Below are positions 1 through 12,583 of a DNA stretch of 64,000 nt, piece after piece (position 1 is the first letter of the stretch; every line of letters starts with the position of its first letter). This DNA comes from Felis catus. Lineage: Eukaryota. The position numbers and the translations under genes are program-made. Where the stretch lies: assembly GCF_018350175.1 (NCBI RefSeq), contig NC_058368.1:193442001-193506000 (forward strand), written 5' to 3'. The notes below the pieces were generated by a model. That model was not told where the DNA came from and did not search any database. It saw nothing but the letters and a program-made list of their open reading frames with translations.

Positions 1-639
1 GATTAATAATAGATTAAACACTTTAGATTTGCTTACTCTGAGATCCATGACTTTAGATGCATGTGCTGTGAAGGAATGGGTTGAGACGGGGCTCTGTGGA
101 TCACACAGACTTCCAGCACAAAAATACAGTGGGAGGGGACACAAATTGGGCATGACAACCAATATTTCCATGGAGTAATATCTCAAATGTAAAGCTTGGG
201 CTGTATTTCCAAAAGTTAACTTCTTCACCCAAGAACCCACCCCCATGATAACCCAAGTGAGAGGATTGTGTTAGCACACACCATAGGGTAGTGTGCCGAG
301 TAAGTGAACGTTGAGGAAGGAAGTCTTTCTACACCCCATCCAAATACCAGTCAGTGGCCACACCTGGGAGAAAACTGGGATGCATGTCCATGACTGCTGA
401 GGTAGACCAACTTGCCTTAAAATCTTATCCTCTGGAACCGAGACAGGTGATGGGACCAAAAGACCCACTCCTGCTCCTCTAGATGCCAACCGGCAAGTAA
501 GTGGCCCTAGAAAGACATGAATAGCTGGAGATGCCCACTTAAATGTTGGTCTTTGTAGGTCAGTGAGAGGACCAGCAGGTCTGGGCATGAAGAGGGAGTT
601 TGGCATAGTGGGCAAGATGTTGGGGGGAATCGTGATATC

Positions 640-740
640 TGGCTTCCTAGTCTGACTCTATCGCTGAGTCTCTGTGTGACCCTGGACTCCTTCCTTCCCT
701 GGGCCTCAGTTTCCCATCTGTTCAGTGAAGGGATAGATAA
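640..740 (+). mobile_element. MIR SINE fragment
   Basis: Core-like TGTGTGACCCTGG...GGGCCTCAGTTTCCCATCTG. Confidence 0.55.
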
Positions 741-744
741 GGGC

Positions 745-1345
745 AGTATTTCTCAATGAGAATCACCAATGGAACTTTTAAAGGATGCAGATTCTTACAC
801 TCTTTGTCATGGGTTGAATTGTGTCCCCTTAAAACATATGTTCATGTCCCAACACCCAGTACCTCAGAAAGTGGAAACAGGGTTATTACAGATGTAATTA
901 GGATGAGGTTATACTGGAGTAGGGTGAACCTTAGTCCAAAATGAGTGGTGTCCTAATTATTAAATAGAAGAGAAGATGCACAGAAGACACACAAAGGGAA
1001 AACAGCATGTGATGCCTGGAACAGAGATCGAAGTATGGAAGCTGTAAGCTAATTACCAAAGGCAACGACCAGAAGGTGGGAAACAGCAAGGAAGGATTCT
1101 TACCTATAGTTTTTAAAGGAAGCATGGCTGTACTGACACTTTGATTTCAGACTTCTGGCCTCCAGAACTGTGAGATATTAAATGTTTGTTGTTTTAAGCC
1201 ACCGTGTTTGTGGTACTTAGTTACAGTAGCCCTAGGAAATGAACACACCTTGCTTAGAAGCTTAGCAGTTAAAAAAAGTCAGGGTAAGGGCCTGGAAATG
1301 CAAATTTATAAAAAGCTCCCTAGAAAAATCTGGTGCACACTATGG
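745..1345. mobile_element. MER5-like hAT-Charlie element split by an MLT1C LTR (pieces ~745-804 and ~1248-1345)
   Basis: CAGTATTTCTCAA...ATGCAGATTC left of the LTR; GGGCCTGGAAATGCAAATTT...AAGCTCCC...TCTGGTGCACAC right of it. Confidence 0.5.
805..1247 (+). mobile_element. MaLR solo LTR, MLT1C-like
   Basis: Starts TGTCATGGGTTGAATTGTGTCCCC, contains GACTTCTGGCCTCCAGAACTGTGAGA, ends GCCCTAGGAAATGAACACA; TG...CA termini, ~440 bp. Confidence 0.85.
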
Positions 1346-4251
1346 CTTACACACAGTGAATTAAGTAAGTCCCTTTCCAAGTCTGGAATTCTCTGATTCA
1401 GGTGGAAATCTGACTTCAGCTTCTGGCACTGGAGATATATCATGGAAAGCATAAACTTAGGAAAGAGATGCATTGGGAGTACAAAGGGGTGCCTTCCTTA
1501 CATTCTGTGGCAGAAAAATGGAGTCGTGCTGATGGTGGGAAACGAGACAGTTCCTCAAGGTGGCTCATCCTCTCTCTCGGATCACTTCATATCCCAAAAC
1601 ATAAACTGCTTAAAAGTAAAAGTTAACAGGAACTACTGAAAGGTCAAAAATCCCTTTGAGGTCCTTTTAATAAGAGTTATAAACTTTGTCGCCAGAAATA
1701 TGCCCACACTTTCACAGAGCTCCAGACACCCTCATCTCCATCTACTGACTTCCCAGGAATCCACGAACACACACCAAGAACCCCTGGATGCTATAACTTG
1801 ACAAAGGCCTAGCTGGGCACAGAGCTGCTAACCTAAAACCTTCAGAGGGAAACCAGGAAGGCCACTGTGGGTACCCTTCTCTGGCTCTGCCTTCTCCATC
1901 TGCCCAAGAAATATTTACTGGGCATCTACTCTCTGCTACCTCACTTTTGTTCTTATGTCTGGATTATATTCTAAACATCGTGGGAAGCCATGAGAGAATT
2001 TTCAAACAGCAGAATGAGGTGATCGGATCTACATTTTAAGAAGCAGCGGTAACTTTCTAAGGTTTTCCGATGTGGACTTTATAGAAGGAAATAGCCTCCT
2101 GTCCTTCTACCATTGCTGTCAATGTGGACAGAATGTCAGTGTAACTAAACGCAGTACTGTACTACTGTGACAAGTGATGATATCTCACAGATGTGCAGAG
2201 GGAGAGTAGGAAGCTGTCTGTGTGCTAAACTTGGAACTGAGCTGGTACCTAAGCTTCCGGGTTCCCTGTGAAATGCATAAACTACCTTTGTTATTTCTAA
2301 AGGGTTATCTGTTGAAACATCTTTAGGCAAAACCTGTCATAAATGTCTCTCCAAACTCATGCTCCATCTCGGTCGCCGCCCTATTAGAATGTTGACACGT
2401 GCAACATCAAAGTCAGAGACGTCCCGCTGAGCAGCATTGCAGCCAAGGTACCAGAAAGCTGCTCTGAATACAGATAACAGCAGGAACCTAGGTGCTGGAG
2501 GCTGGCTCTCACCCCCTTCATTCTCCTCTCCCTGAATCCAAATTTCAGCTTCTAATGAGATGTTGCAGCCTGAGCTAGCTTCTCCGTGGCTGACCCCGCA
2601 GAAACTGGCACCAGAGTGTAATATTAATGAGATGGGCATCAGGCATCTGAGGAGGTTACAAAATAAAAGTGTATTCTCGTCCATTATCCCATTGGAACCT
2701 CACGTCCGTTCCAGGGGGTGGATGAGGTGGGTATTTGTAGCCATTTTACCAACAGAGAAGTTAGGCTCCAGAGCAGGTCCTTGACCGAGGTCAAAAGGCT
2801 CACACCTGGGCCCCAGATTCTCATTCATGTACATCCCAGTAAACTTCAGCTGCCTCTGAGCTACATCACTTTTTCAGCTCCAATTTGGACAAGTTACTGT
2901 GTATAGCTGCCAAGGTGTACAGAAGGTCAGTGAAACTAGCAATCTCAATAAAGATGGCTATATGGACCAACATATCTGCATTTGAGGACTGGATGTGTGA
3001 GCTCAGTTATGTAACCTCCTTCTGTTTCAGTTAACTCCCCTGCAAAATATGGAATCAATAGTTTCAACTCTATTCAGTGGTTTCTGGGTGTAGGTGAGAC
3101 AAAACCTCTTACACCACTAAACTACCACTTATGATATGATAATGATGATGACAGAAGCAAGAACTGGCATTTAATGTGTACTAACCATATGCTGGGTCCC
3201 ATGCTTACTCTATATGCGGGTTCATAGTGCGTCTTGCATGATTGCACCCTCAGTATACATCCGTTGTATTGGCTATTAAGCTTTCTAACACTGGAGATAA
3301 TGTTCCAGGGCAGATAACAGAAAATGATCTGACTTTTTTTGTTACTGGAGGTAAAGGAAGGGGTATGAGAGAAGGAGGTGGCTCCAGGAAAATCACAGAG
3401 GATTTGTCTTATTTTTCCATATGGGGTACCCATATCTGGAACTTAGAAAACATAATGTATTCTATGGGTCAAAATGTAAGAGCCTTTTATATTACCAATA
3501 CTTTAACATTAGAATCCAAATGGCCAAATATATCCAAAGAATGCTAAAGTTGGAAGGAATGCACAGATTCACCTTGCCCAAACCCCTAAGGGAGAGACAA
3601 GAGAAGCCTAAAGCAAATGCATGGTAGGCCCAAGGTCAGCCCCAAAGTCACAGAGACCTTTACATCCAATAAAGAAAACTCTCAATTAACTCAAGAGCTC
3701 TGTACCCAGCACTATTTTCCCTCTGTAAATGTATCTAGCTGAGGACTACCTTGATTTATTTTGTATCCTCTCCATTCACTGCAGCCCCCAGCTACTATGG
3801 GGTGGAAAGGCAGGGTGCCAGGAACTGCAGGGTAGTGGAAAGGACAGTTGCCCATGTGGGTTCTTCCTTGTAGCTCTGTTTCCCCATGTACAAAATGGGA
3901 GAGGGGTCTAGACTACATAGACCAAATGGTTTTTACAGTCTCAATATGCTTCAATGCTCAATATGCTCAATATGCTTCCTATTTATTTGATCCTGAAATT
4001 CAAGATCCCAGTCTTTTCTTCCCAAGGCCCCCATAGGAGCTGAGGGGTCTTGACACACTATGCTGGCACAGGACATGGGAGCTCTGTGACCTGGTTTCAC
4101 CTCCTCCACCACTTACATTATGACCTTGAGGCAAATCACTTAAACATTTCATGGCTATCTCCCCAATTAGAACACTCCCACTCTACCTCTGTGTGCGAGT
4201 GTGAGCTCAATTAAAACAATAGATGGGGAAAAAGTGCTTTGAGAAAAGTAG

Positions 4252-4257
<6 letters not shown>

Positions 4258-4319
<62 letters not shown>

Positions 4320-4338
4320 TGTGTATATATATCTATAT
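4258..4338. repeat. (TA)n(CA)n compound microsatellite
   Basis: Read directly. Confidence 0.97.
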
Positions 4339-4994
4339 GCATTACTAATCATTTGTTATCCTTATTATCATCACAATCAGTATTATTCTTCACAACTCCT
4401 TCGTAGGTTATGGGGGAGTCTATGACTAATGAGAACAAGCTTCTGTCTATTGTAGGAAGAGGGGTGAGAAGTGCACAGTTCTGGGCAGACAGGCTGACTT
4501 GACTCCTAGTCCTGCCCACCATTTTCTCCCCAGATATTTTTACTTTTTAGGGTTAAACAGCACGCTTGAATCTGGTTGATGTTGCTGGACCCAAAATAGA
4601 GAATAAGTTGGTACCATGGTGTAAAGAAACCAAACCCAAATTCTAAAAGAAATAGGAAAGAAATATAAAATATCTTTTACTGGAATGGGGTTTTCAAAGT
4701 CTTTTGTGGCCAATTACATTATCTGTTCCTTTGAGGGAGGCAGGGCTTTGGAGAAATGATGATTATTTATAGCATCGTACATGTGCATAACATTTAATAG
4801 TTTACAGAATATGTTTATACTGTTATCGTGCAATTCAATTCAAATAAGTATTTATCAAGCACTACTTGGAGAGACATATTATAAACATTGGACACCCAGT
4901 CTCTTGGAATGACCAGGAATTAGGAGTTTTATCACCATTTTCAGGAGAGGAAAGGGAGGCACAGAAAAGTTGAGTGACTGGGTCCAAGTCAAAT

Positions 4995-5643
4995 TCTTAA
5001 AATGGCAATTAGATCACATGCCACTTGTATTTATAACTTTCCAGTGGCTTCTCATGCCCTTAAAATCCTAATTTCTTTCCAAGGCATGTTAGGCTCTGCC
5101 TGATCTGGTCCCTTCTCTCTCTTCCCATCTATCCTCTATCATTCTCTCCCTTGCTAAAAATGTTCCAGCTACCAGGTTGCCTCTCAGTTCCTCAAACTAT
5201 ACCACCAAGTTTTTTCCTACTTCAGGACGATTACACAAATCGTTACCTCTGAATAGAATATTTCCCCCCAATATTTTTTTGTAGAGCTAATTAATACCTT
5301 GTCAGCCTTTAAGATTGGGCTTGAATATTACCATCTGGGACAGGGTCTTCTCTGATCACCCTATTTAAGCAATACCCTATTTAAGCAATACCCTATTTAA
5401 GCAATACCCTCATGTTATCTTCTCTCCATATGCTGCCTTTTACTTTAGAGAATTTATGTCTTACATTTATTGCATGTATTTAGTCATTTTTGTCTGTGTG
5501 GTTTTTGTTTGTCCATCTAACCCCATTAGAAATGAGGTCAGGTGCCTTGACCCTCTTATTCACTGCTGTATCCCAAAGACTGGCAGAACCTGCTACAAAG
5601 TAGGAACTCAGTCTATAATGAATAAATGCATGAATAAATGAAT
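4995..5643 (+). mobile_element. L2 LINE 3' end
   Basis: TTCCAGTGGCTTCTCAT...; TTCACTGCTGTATCCCA; ends ATGAATAAATGCATGAATAAATGAAT (L2 tail). Confidence 0.75.
5358..5410. repeat. Perfect 16-bp tandem repeat (ACCCTATTTAAGCAAT) x3.3
   Basis: Units at 5358, 5374, 5390 and a partial unit at 5406. Confidence 0.95.
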
Positions 5644-6093
5644 TTTATAAACTTTAGACCCAGGTCTTGAACCAAGGTCTTCTGCCTTGTGGTTTTCTGG
5701 TCCTTCTCTTGTTTCTACATCATCTCCCTGCAACCCAAGCATTGATATTCTCAACTCTGTGCCTTGGAATGGAAATGGGCAAGAATTCTATTTTTCTCAA
5801 ATAAGGGAGAAACTATCACACAGAAGGTGAGAGGGGACAGTTTTGGTGGTTGAGGACCTTGCTTCATGGGAAGTTTATTAGAATTCTTATATCACAAAAT
5901 TACAGCACAGAGGCTTAGTGCGCATCCCCATGTGACAGACTGTAGGGTAGCCCAAAGGTAAGAAACTGAAGGGCATACCGGCTTTCTGTGTCCTGGGATG
6001 TCCATTGAGGTTGGGATTATCACTGCGATAAAATGATTAAATAATATGGCAGATACTCAGAGAAGCTATCAACTCACTCAATTCCTGTCTCTC

Positions 6094-6143
6094 CCATTCA
6101 TCCATCCATCCAGCCATCCAGCCAGCCAGCCAGCCAGCCAGCC
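6094..6143. repeat. (CCAT)n grading into (CCAG)n tetranucleotide repeat
   Basis: Read directly. Confidence 0.9.
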
Positions 6144-6863
6144 AAAGCTTACTATGTATCAGGCAACGTGGCCAACTATAAGTGACATCTCTATAACTCA
6201 GACAACCTAAATTAGTACATGGGTTTTCCATGAAGGCCAAAGGTGACAACATAAATGAAACCCTTTACAGACTGTAAACTCCAAAACATAGAGAAGGGAT
6301 TATGATTATTAGTGGTATAATTTAGCAAGTGAAAAGCAAAGGTGGAAGGGAACATGATATAATTAAAAGCTAATCAGTCTGTTCATTTGGAGGATTATCT
6401 AGATATAGACTTTACTTTTTTAACAATTAATGTATATCAACAAAAATTTCAGTGAATGGGAAGAAAAGAAGTTTCTGTGATGTGTTTTGTTTCAATAAAT
6501 AGTTTCCACTCCTCCCCAGAGGAACGACTCAGGAGACAGAAAACGCTGTTGAATGGAGGTGGCAAGGACTGGAATATTTAAAGCAGAAGCACAGAGCCCA
6601 AGCAGGGCATCAGAATAGTCAGAAACTCTGGATGTTTGCCCAGGCTATTGCCCCTATTTTTCATTCCCTCTCTCCCCTTTCTGGCCTCCCCTCCCAGTAG
6701 TAAGTCTCCAACCTGTTGTTTAAGGCTCAGCTTCTTCCTCATGTCTCCAGGGAAGTACTTTCTAATCTCCTCAGGATACTTGCATTTCTTCCTCTTCTCT
6801 TTAAATTCTTATAATGTGTATAAACCAAAACCTATAAATTGATAATTAATTCCATGCCTCTTA

Positions 6864-6866
<3 letters not shown>

Positions 6867-6906
<40 letters not shown>

Positions 6907-6917
6907 CACGCATGTGT
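6867..6917. repeat. (TG)n(CG)n microsatellite
   Basis: (TG)17 followed by CGCGCGCACGCATGTGT. Confidence 0.95.
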
Positions 6918-6959
6918 AGGGGGTTCATTTAGTCCAAGTTAATGCAACTTAGCAGATAC

Positions 6960-7105
6960 TGTCATCATCATCCCTGTCTTAAAGATGGGAAAACTGAGGC
7001 TTGCAGAATTTAAGTGGAGTATCAAGGACAGGTGACCAGCAGGTGATAGAAGCAGGATTAGAAACCAGGCCTTGAGACTCCTAGTCCAGTTATCTTTATA
7101 GCACA
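6960..7105 (-). mobile_element. MIR SINE fragment
   Basis: AGATGGGAAAACTGAGGCT...GCAGGATTAGAAACCAGG. Confidence 0.7.
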
Positions 7106-8517
7106 ACTCCCCATGTCTGAATCAATATGTTGACCTGATTTGAACTGGGCACAGCAGCTGGGTCTCTGGATGAAATGTAATTCTTCCTCAGGTGCTGGTG
7201 GTGTATATAAAGACCTGCTGGACATAAGGTCACACAGAGCCCTCCTAATACAACATTCGTTTGTCTAATTGTCTAATTGTTGGGTGGTGGCTCTCAAGTC
7301 CAAGGAGAATCCTCAATTCATTTCTGACATTAAACTGCAAAGAGCCAGGAAACAGAGTGTCCCTACACCCCTCCCGGTCATGGGAAGGGCCACTGGAAGC
7401 TCCACGACAACTAGATTAGAGTTCTAGTTCTACCTTGAGTTCTGAGTTCCAGTCCCAGCTCTGCTGAGACTCATGGGGGACTCTGGGAAAGCCCTGGCTC
7501 TCCTTCAGGCCTCAGTTTCTTACTTGGAAGTACCACCGATTTGGGGAGCTCTCTGACATCTCTCCTATTGCTGACGTTCAACAACCTTTCCCAGCCTTCA
7601 GGACTTGCCAGACCCTCAAGGGGTAAATTGCCAGAGTTTGAAGTGTTGGACTGTGGATCTGCTGAATTCCCTACTCTTCGTAGTCCTAAAAATGGTAAAC
7701 AGCATTACGAAACCGATGTTATGCAAGTTATTTATTTAACCCTATATAAGATCATTGAATTTGACTTCTGTTAAGCACTAAAAATCAGGCCATAAAGAGT
7801 TCAGCAGGTAGGCAACCAATATTTAAGGCCTAGCTGAGGCTTTCTCGGTCCTTTTGCTTGACTAGGGTAGGGTGGGGTGGGACAGCTCCCCCAAGTAACT
7901 CAGGTATATTCTTCTTTTTCTAAATGGCTCTCTCTCATCTTGACTTCCAAGGGAGCATTCTGTGTAGCACGACTGAGCTGAGAAAGATAAGGCCCCAGAG
8001 ACCATCCTAAGATTAAATAGAGTCTCCTTGTGATTTAGAAGGTTGAGATTGCCAGCTCTAAATCAACATGAATTCTCCATTTAATTTGAATCAGTGGGTT
8101 TTACGAGTCTGTTTCCCTTTCAGTATATCAGTCAGGCTCACTGTCTCTCTGTTTGTTATTGTTTCGGTGTTGTATAGTAGAAACCTCATAGCCTGGCAAG
8201 CCTGAAAAGGATTTTCTAGAGCAATCCTTGGGTTGCACTGAGAAAGAAACAAACTGAGGCCAAGTATAGGGACGAGCTTTTCTCAAGGTCACTTGCCGAA
8301 GAGGCCTAGGGCACACGTTTCTTCTCTCATTCCTTTCTTCATTTTATTTCTCCTACATGGTGTCTCCTTTGCTTTGCTTCAAACAAAGGCTCTTGTTTAC
8401 TAGAATTATTTACCCTTTCTTTCGTCATTAGATAATCAATCACCCACTTCAGGGGTTCCTTTCACAACAGCACGTTGAAACTTCAATTAATCTGAGATCG
8501 GCTCACGAGACACTTAC

Positions 8518-8603
8518 CTTGAGTTATTTCTCTGATTAGCTTTAGGGAGAAATAGATACTCTGTCTCTCCTTCACTCCTTTCTGTGTTTCAAACACATCT
8601 AAG
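8518..8603 (-). other. Candidate 86-nt exon (unverified)
   Basis: Minus strand TTTTTATAG|CTTAG...CTCAAG|GTAAGT; consensus donor, unique sequence. Confidence 0.2.
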
Positions 8604-8745
8604 CTATAAAAATTAAGACTGCTTTGTATTAAAATGAAAGAGTGGCCTATATTTAGCCTATCTAACAAAGATACTGATTGTTGAAAGAAAAAAAAAATCG
8701 TCATCTACTTCTTTGAACACCCAAATTCAATTACTGGCCACTGAA

Positions 8746-8877
8746 CATATATATACATATACGTATACGTATACGTATACGTATACGTATACGTATACGT
8801 ATACGTATACGTATATGTATATATATGTATATATATATGTATATATATATATATATGTGTGTATATATATATGTATA
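8746..8877. repeat. Alternating purine-pyrimidine microsatellite containing (TATACG)9
   Basis: Nine perfect TATACG units at 8758-8811 flanked by (TA)n/(TATG)n. Confidence 0.97.
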
Positions 8878-11522
8878 TTTAACATAGCAGGTATTTGTCA
8901 TTTTTATTATTATTAAGAATAATAACAGAAACAACCACAAGCCAGAGTTTATACGACTTACGGTTTACCAAGGCTTTAAAATAAAGTCTCCCTCTTCCCA
9001 TGCCATAATACGTGAAGCATGTTGACACAGAATGGCCTTCTTGCTGATGAAATAACTGAGGCTCAAGGAGATTAAACAACTTTCCCAAAAACATCCAGCT
9101 ACCAAAACAACAATTCTGAAACTCAAATTGAGGTCTCCTGTTCTCAACCCTCAGTTATTATCACCATGTCACGTCTCTGCACAACACTTTTCCTTGAATA
9201 TTTTTGTTTTAAGGAAGCTTGGTATTTGGTGAGATTTCTGGTCCTAGAAGGAGAGGATCTGGGTTTTAGGCCCTTTACCAGTTAGGTGATCTCTTCTTCC
9301 CCTAATCACCCAGCTCGTTTCTTAGATGCTTCTGTTAGATATTCATGGAAGGTGGGATCAGGACCAAATTTCAGTCTTGCTGGTTTCTTGCCTAAGGCTC
9401 CAGAGCACCTGGTACATGTCATCACAGTAATAGTGATTCTTGTGTTATACCATCAGGTGCATTAGTTGTCTGTCTTTCCCATTACACCTGAAGTCCTCTG
9501 AGTGCGTAAACATCTTATTCACCTTTATGTATCTGGCACTTGGGACACAGTCTGGCATTTAGATGTTTTTTGAAGTATGTTTACTAAATGAATAAAGACT
9601 CCAGTCCACTACTCTCAATTGACATAAGAGATGATTTGCCCACAATCTCACAGGGAGCTGATGGCAGAACTGGAACTGGATCCCTCACCTTCAGGCTCTT
9701 TTCTGTGTATTTTCATGCATGAATAAGATGATATTATTTATTACTGCTAATGATGAGTGCAGCCAACATGCATCAGATGCTGGCTAAATGCTGGGGTGCT
9801 GTGCTAAGTGCTTTCTGAGTGTGATCCTATTTTATTCTTCCAACCACTCCAGGAGGTGAATTGTATTTTTATCCCTATTCATTAGATAAATAAATGGCTT
9901 TAGGCTGAAATTAGCTTTAGATTTCTTCTCACCTTGCAAATATCCACCAGGCAGATCCCCACCCCAAAATAAAACATAAAATAAAAATCAGTACTGGGAC
10001 AGAGGCCGGAAGGACTTCTTCCTGTATAAATAAGACAGACGCGTTTCTGGCATCTTCAACAATAGATGCCCTGGTCAAGAAAGCACGGATGAGGAGATAT
10101 GCTCATTAACTGCTAACTTCAGACCTCTTAGGTCTCATTTATTTGGGCTGTCACTCAAAATGGCCTTATTTTTTCTAGTCCTCTTGTGAGTGTCTCCTGC
10201 TGATGCTTATTTGTTTATCTGAAAGGCCAGACTCTCTGGGATGGGCTCATTAAGAAGACATTTCCTTTCACGAGGGCTGGGAGAATGGCAGGGACACAAT
10301 AGCTCCCACATGCCCCCCTCTTGCCATGCCAACAACACAATAGAAGGCCCTCAGTCTAGAGCCAACCCAAACCCAAGTCAGCACAAAATGTCCTCTGCTG
10401 GAGCCCAGCTGTGAGAAAGAATAAACATCTTCAAAGCCCTGACTACCCTCTCATCTCTGCCATGTAATCTTCCCCTAACCTTTGCATCCCACAATGATGC
10501 CCCCCTTCTTTGGAGGCACTGAGTAATAGAAAACCATGCAATCAGAGTAACATAGCCATAGACATTTCCAGTCAAAAGGGACCATAGAGATGATTGAGAC
10601 TAAGCATGGCAACACCCCGGCACTTCTGCCAGCCACTCCCTGATTTCCCATCCATGGCAGACAGCTTTAATCAACTGTGGCACTCTTCCCAGCTCAGCTT
10701 GGATGGTGCCTCAGAATCCTTTTCAAAAAGGCACTCTGGGCAGAAGAGGAAAGTAACTCTTCCATTCAGGATAGAAGGCATAGAGGGGCTAGAAAAGAAG
10801 CCCCCTGCTTACCAATCCAAGTGCTTTTTCCACCACTATATCTTTCTTGATGGTGTGTTCTTTTGGGGTCATCTCATATGAATAAGCCCTACCATCAACG
10901 GAAAATTTTCAGCTTCCTGAGGGTGGAACTTGGGTCATTTGTTAATCTCCTGGGTATGCATCATGCTGAGTAGTACACATGCTGCTTAGTTGACAAAAGA
11001 AGGGAAAAGACTCTGGATCCTGAGTGTAATAAAGGGGACACTCGAAAATTTCAAAAAGGGTTTATAGAAACCACCTTGGGTTAAGTAAGCACATGTTATA
11101 CAACCATTTGCTGGGTGAAATACATTAGAGAGTCCTAAGGCATTCAGCATATTTCTCAGTGCCTTATTGGATCCCATCTATAGGTAATCAGTTCTAAGAA
11201 GTCCAAAAGGATCTTAGGTGAGTTCACTTTTCACCTACAATGGCAACCTCTCAAGTTTTTCACCCAAGGAGCCTAAAAGCAAAGAAGAATGATGGCACAG
11301 ATGACCTCAAGGGATCTGAGGCATAGCTCCCAGCAACACACAGGAAGTAAGACATTACTTTGAAATATCATGTTTTATCTTGAAAACTCATGTGAGTTTG
11401 GATTCTCCTCCAAAATAAAGCAATGCTTATTTTAAAAAAAATGTTTTCTACAAAATTTTTAAGTTGACTGGATGCCGTGAAAATGTGCCATGTTTTTCCC
11501 AGGGCTTCATATACTCTTTAGC

Positions 11523-11837
11523 CAAGAGGTCAGCAAAAATTGCCCATGGGACAGATCTAACACAGCACCTGTTTTCCTATGGCCTGTGAGCTACTCATGG
11601 TTGTAAACTTTTTAAATGATTAAAAAATATAGAAATAATATTTAGTGAGACATGAAAATTATAAGAAATTCGCATTTTCATATCCATGAATGGCATTTCA
11701 TTGGAACTTATTCGTTTATGTACTGTCCATGGTTGTTTCCATGATACAGTGATAGAACTGAGTAGTTGTGACAGAGACAAAGCCTAAATAGTTATCTGGC
11801 CCTTTCCAAAAAAAAAAAAAAAAATGTCCCACCTCTG
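11523..11837 (+). mobile_element. MER58B-like hAT-Charlie DNA transposon
   Basis: GAGGTCAGCAAA start, GGCCTGTGAGCTA, GAGTAGTTGTGACAGAGAC, ATCTGGCCCTTT...ACCTCTG end. Confidence 0.75.
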
Positions 11838-11896
11838 TCATGGTCTATCCCTGACTACTCCATGACCATAAATGTTCCCATCATGGGAAGATTCAC

Positions 11897-12121
11897 TATG
11901 TAGATCTCAAGTGGGGGCACCTTTGTCCTTCAGGACACATTTGTCAATGTCTGGAGATATTTTCAATGGTCACAAATGGAGGGGAGAGGTTGCTGCTGGC
12001 ATCTTATAGTGAGTAGAGGCCAGGATGCTGCTGCATATCCCTCAGTGGTAAGGGCAGCCCCCACAACAAAGACTTATCCAATCCAATTAAATGTCAATAG
12101 TGCTAAAATTGAGAAACCCTG
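11897..12121 (+). mobile_element. MER20 hAT-Charlie DNA transposon
   Basis: CAATGTCTGGAGA, GTAGAGGCCAGGATGCTGCT, AATGTCAATAGTGCT...TTGAGAAACCCTG. Confidence 0.85.
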
Positions 12122-12324
12122 GTATACACCATCTGGTGTTAAAGGCTGGTTCTCCTCCCCCTTCTTCATTTCTTTCCTCATCTCAATTAAACATACACTC
12201 TGACTATTAGTAAATCAGAAGGGATTACTCGCTCAGGCCTGAGAGACAGACACTCCATAAATATTTATGAAGGGTGAGGATGACTTGTCATTTTATTTGA
12301 CTATAGGAATTATTAACAAATAGG

Positions 12325-12583
12325 TAATGATACTAATAATTCATTTTTATGGGGCACTTATTTATGTGCCGGGCATTAGGCTAAGTATTTTTACATTTAT
12401 CCTCTCACTTGGTTTATCACTTCAGCCTTGCGAGGTAGGTACCATTATGACCCCCGTGGTGCAGGTGAGGGAACCGAGACCAGAAAAGTTATGTTGCCAA
12501 AGATTACAAAGCTGCCAAGTTGTAAAGCGGTGATGTGCACCTAAGAAGTCTGACGCCAGAAATTTAACTGTTTACCATGGTAC
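12325..12583 (-). mobile_element. Near full-length MIR SINE
   Basis: TATGTGCCGGGCATT...GAGGTAGGTACCATTAT...GCAGGTGAGGGAACCGAG...GTCTGACGCCAGA. Confidence 0.8.

Noticed and set aside
2285..2332. Possible 48-nt minus-strand exon (VLPKDVSTDNPLEITK)
   Set aside because: Weak donor (GTAGTT), purine-rich acceptor region, unrecognised peptide.
5358..5410. Short direct repeats as a possible CRISPR-like array (also 33110, 59694, 62515)
   Set aside because: Two or three copies, no unique spacers of regular length, eukaryotic context; ordinary local duplications.
8713..8940. ORFs with YTYT/IRIR/YIYI repeats (also 4167, 25561, 38841, 43015, 50433)
   Set aside because: Translations of microsatellites.
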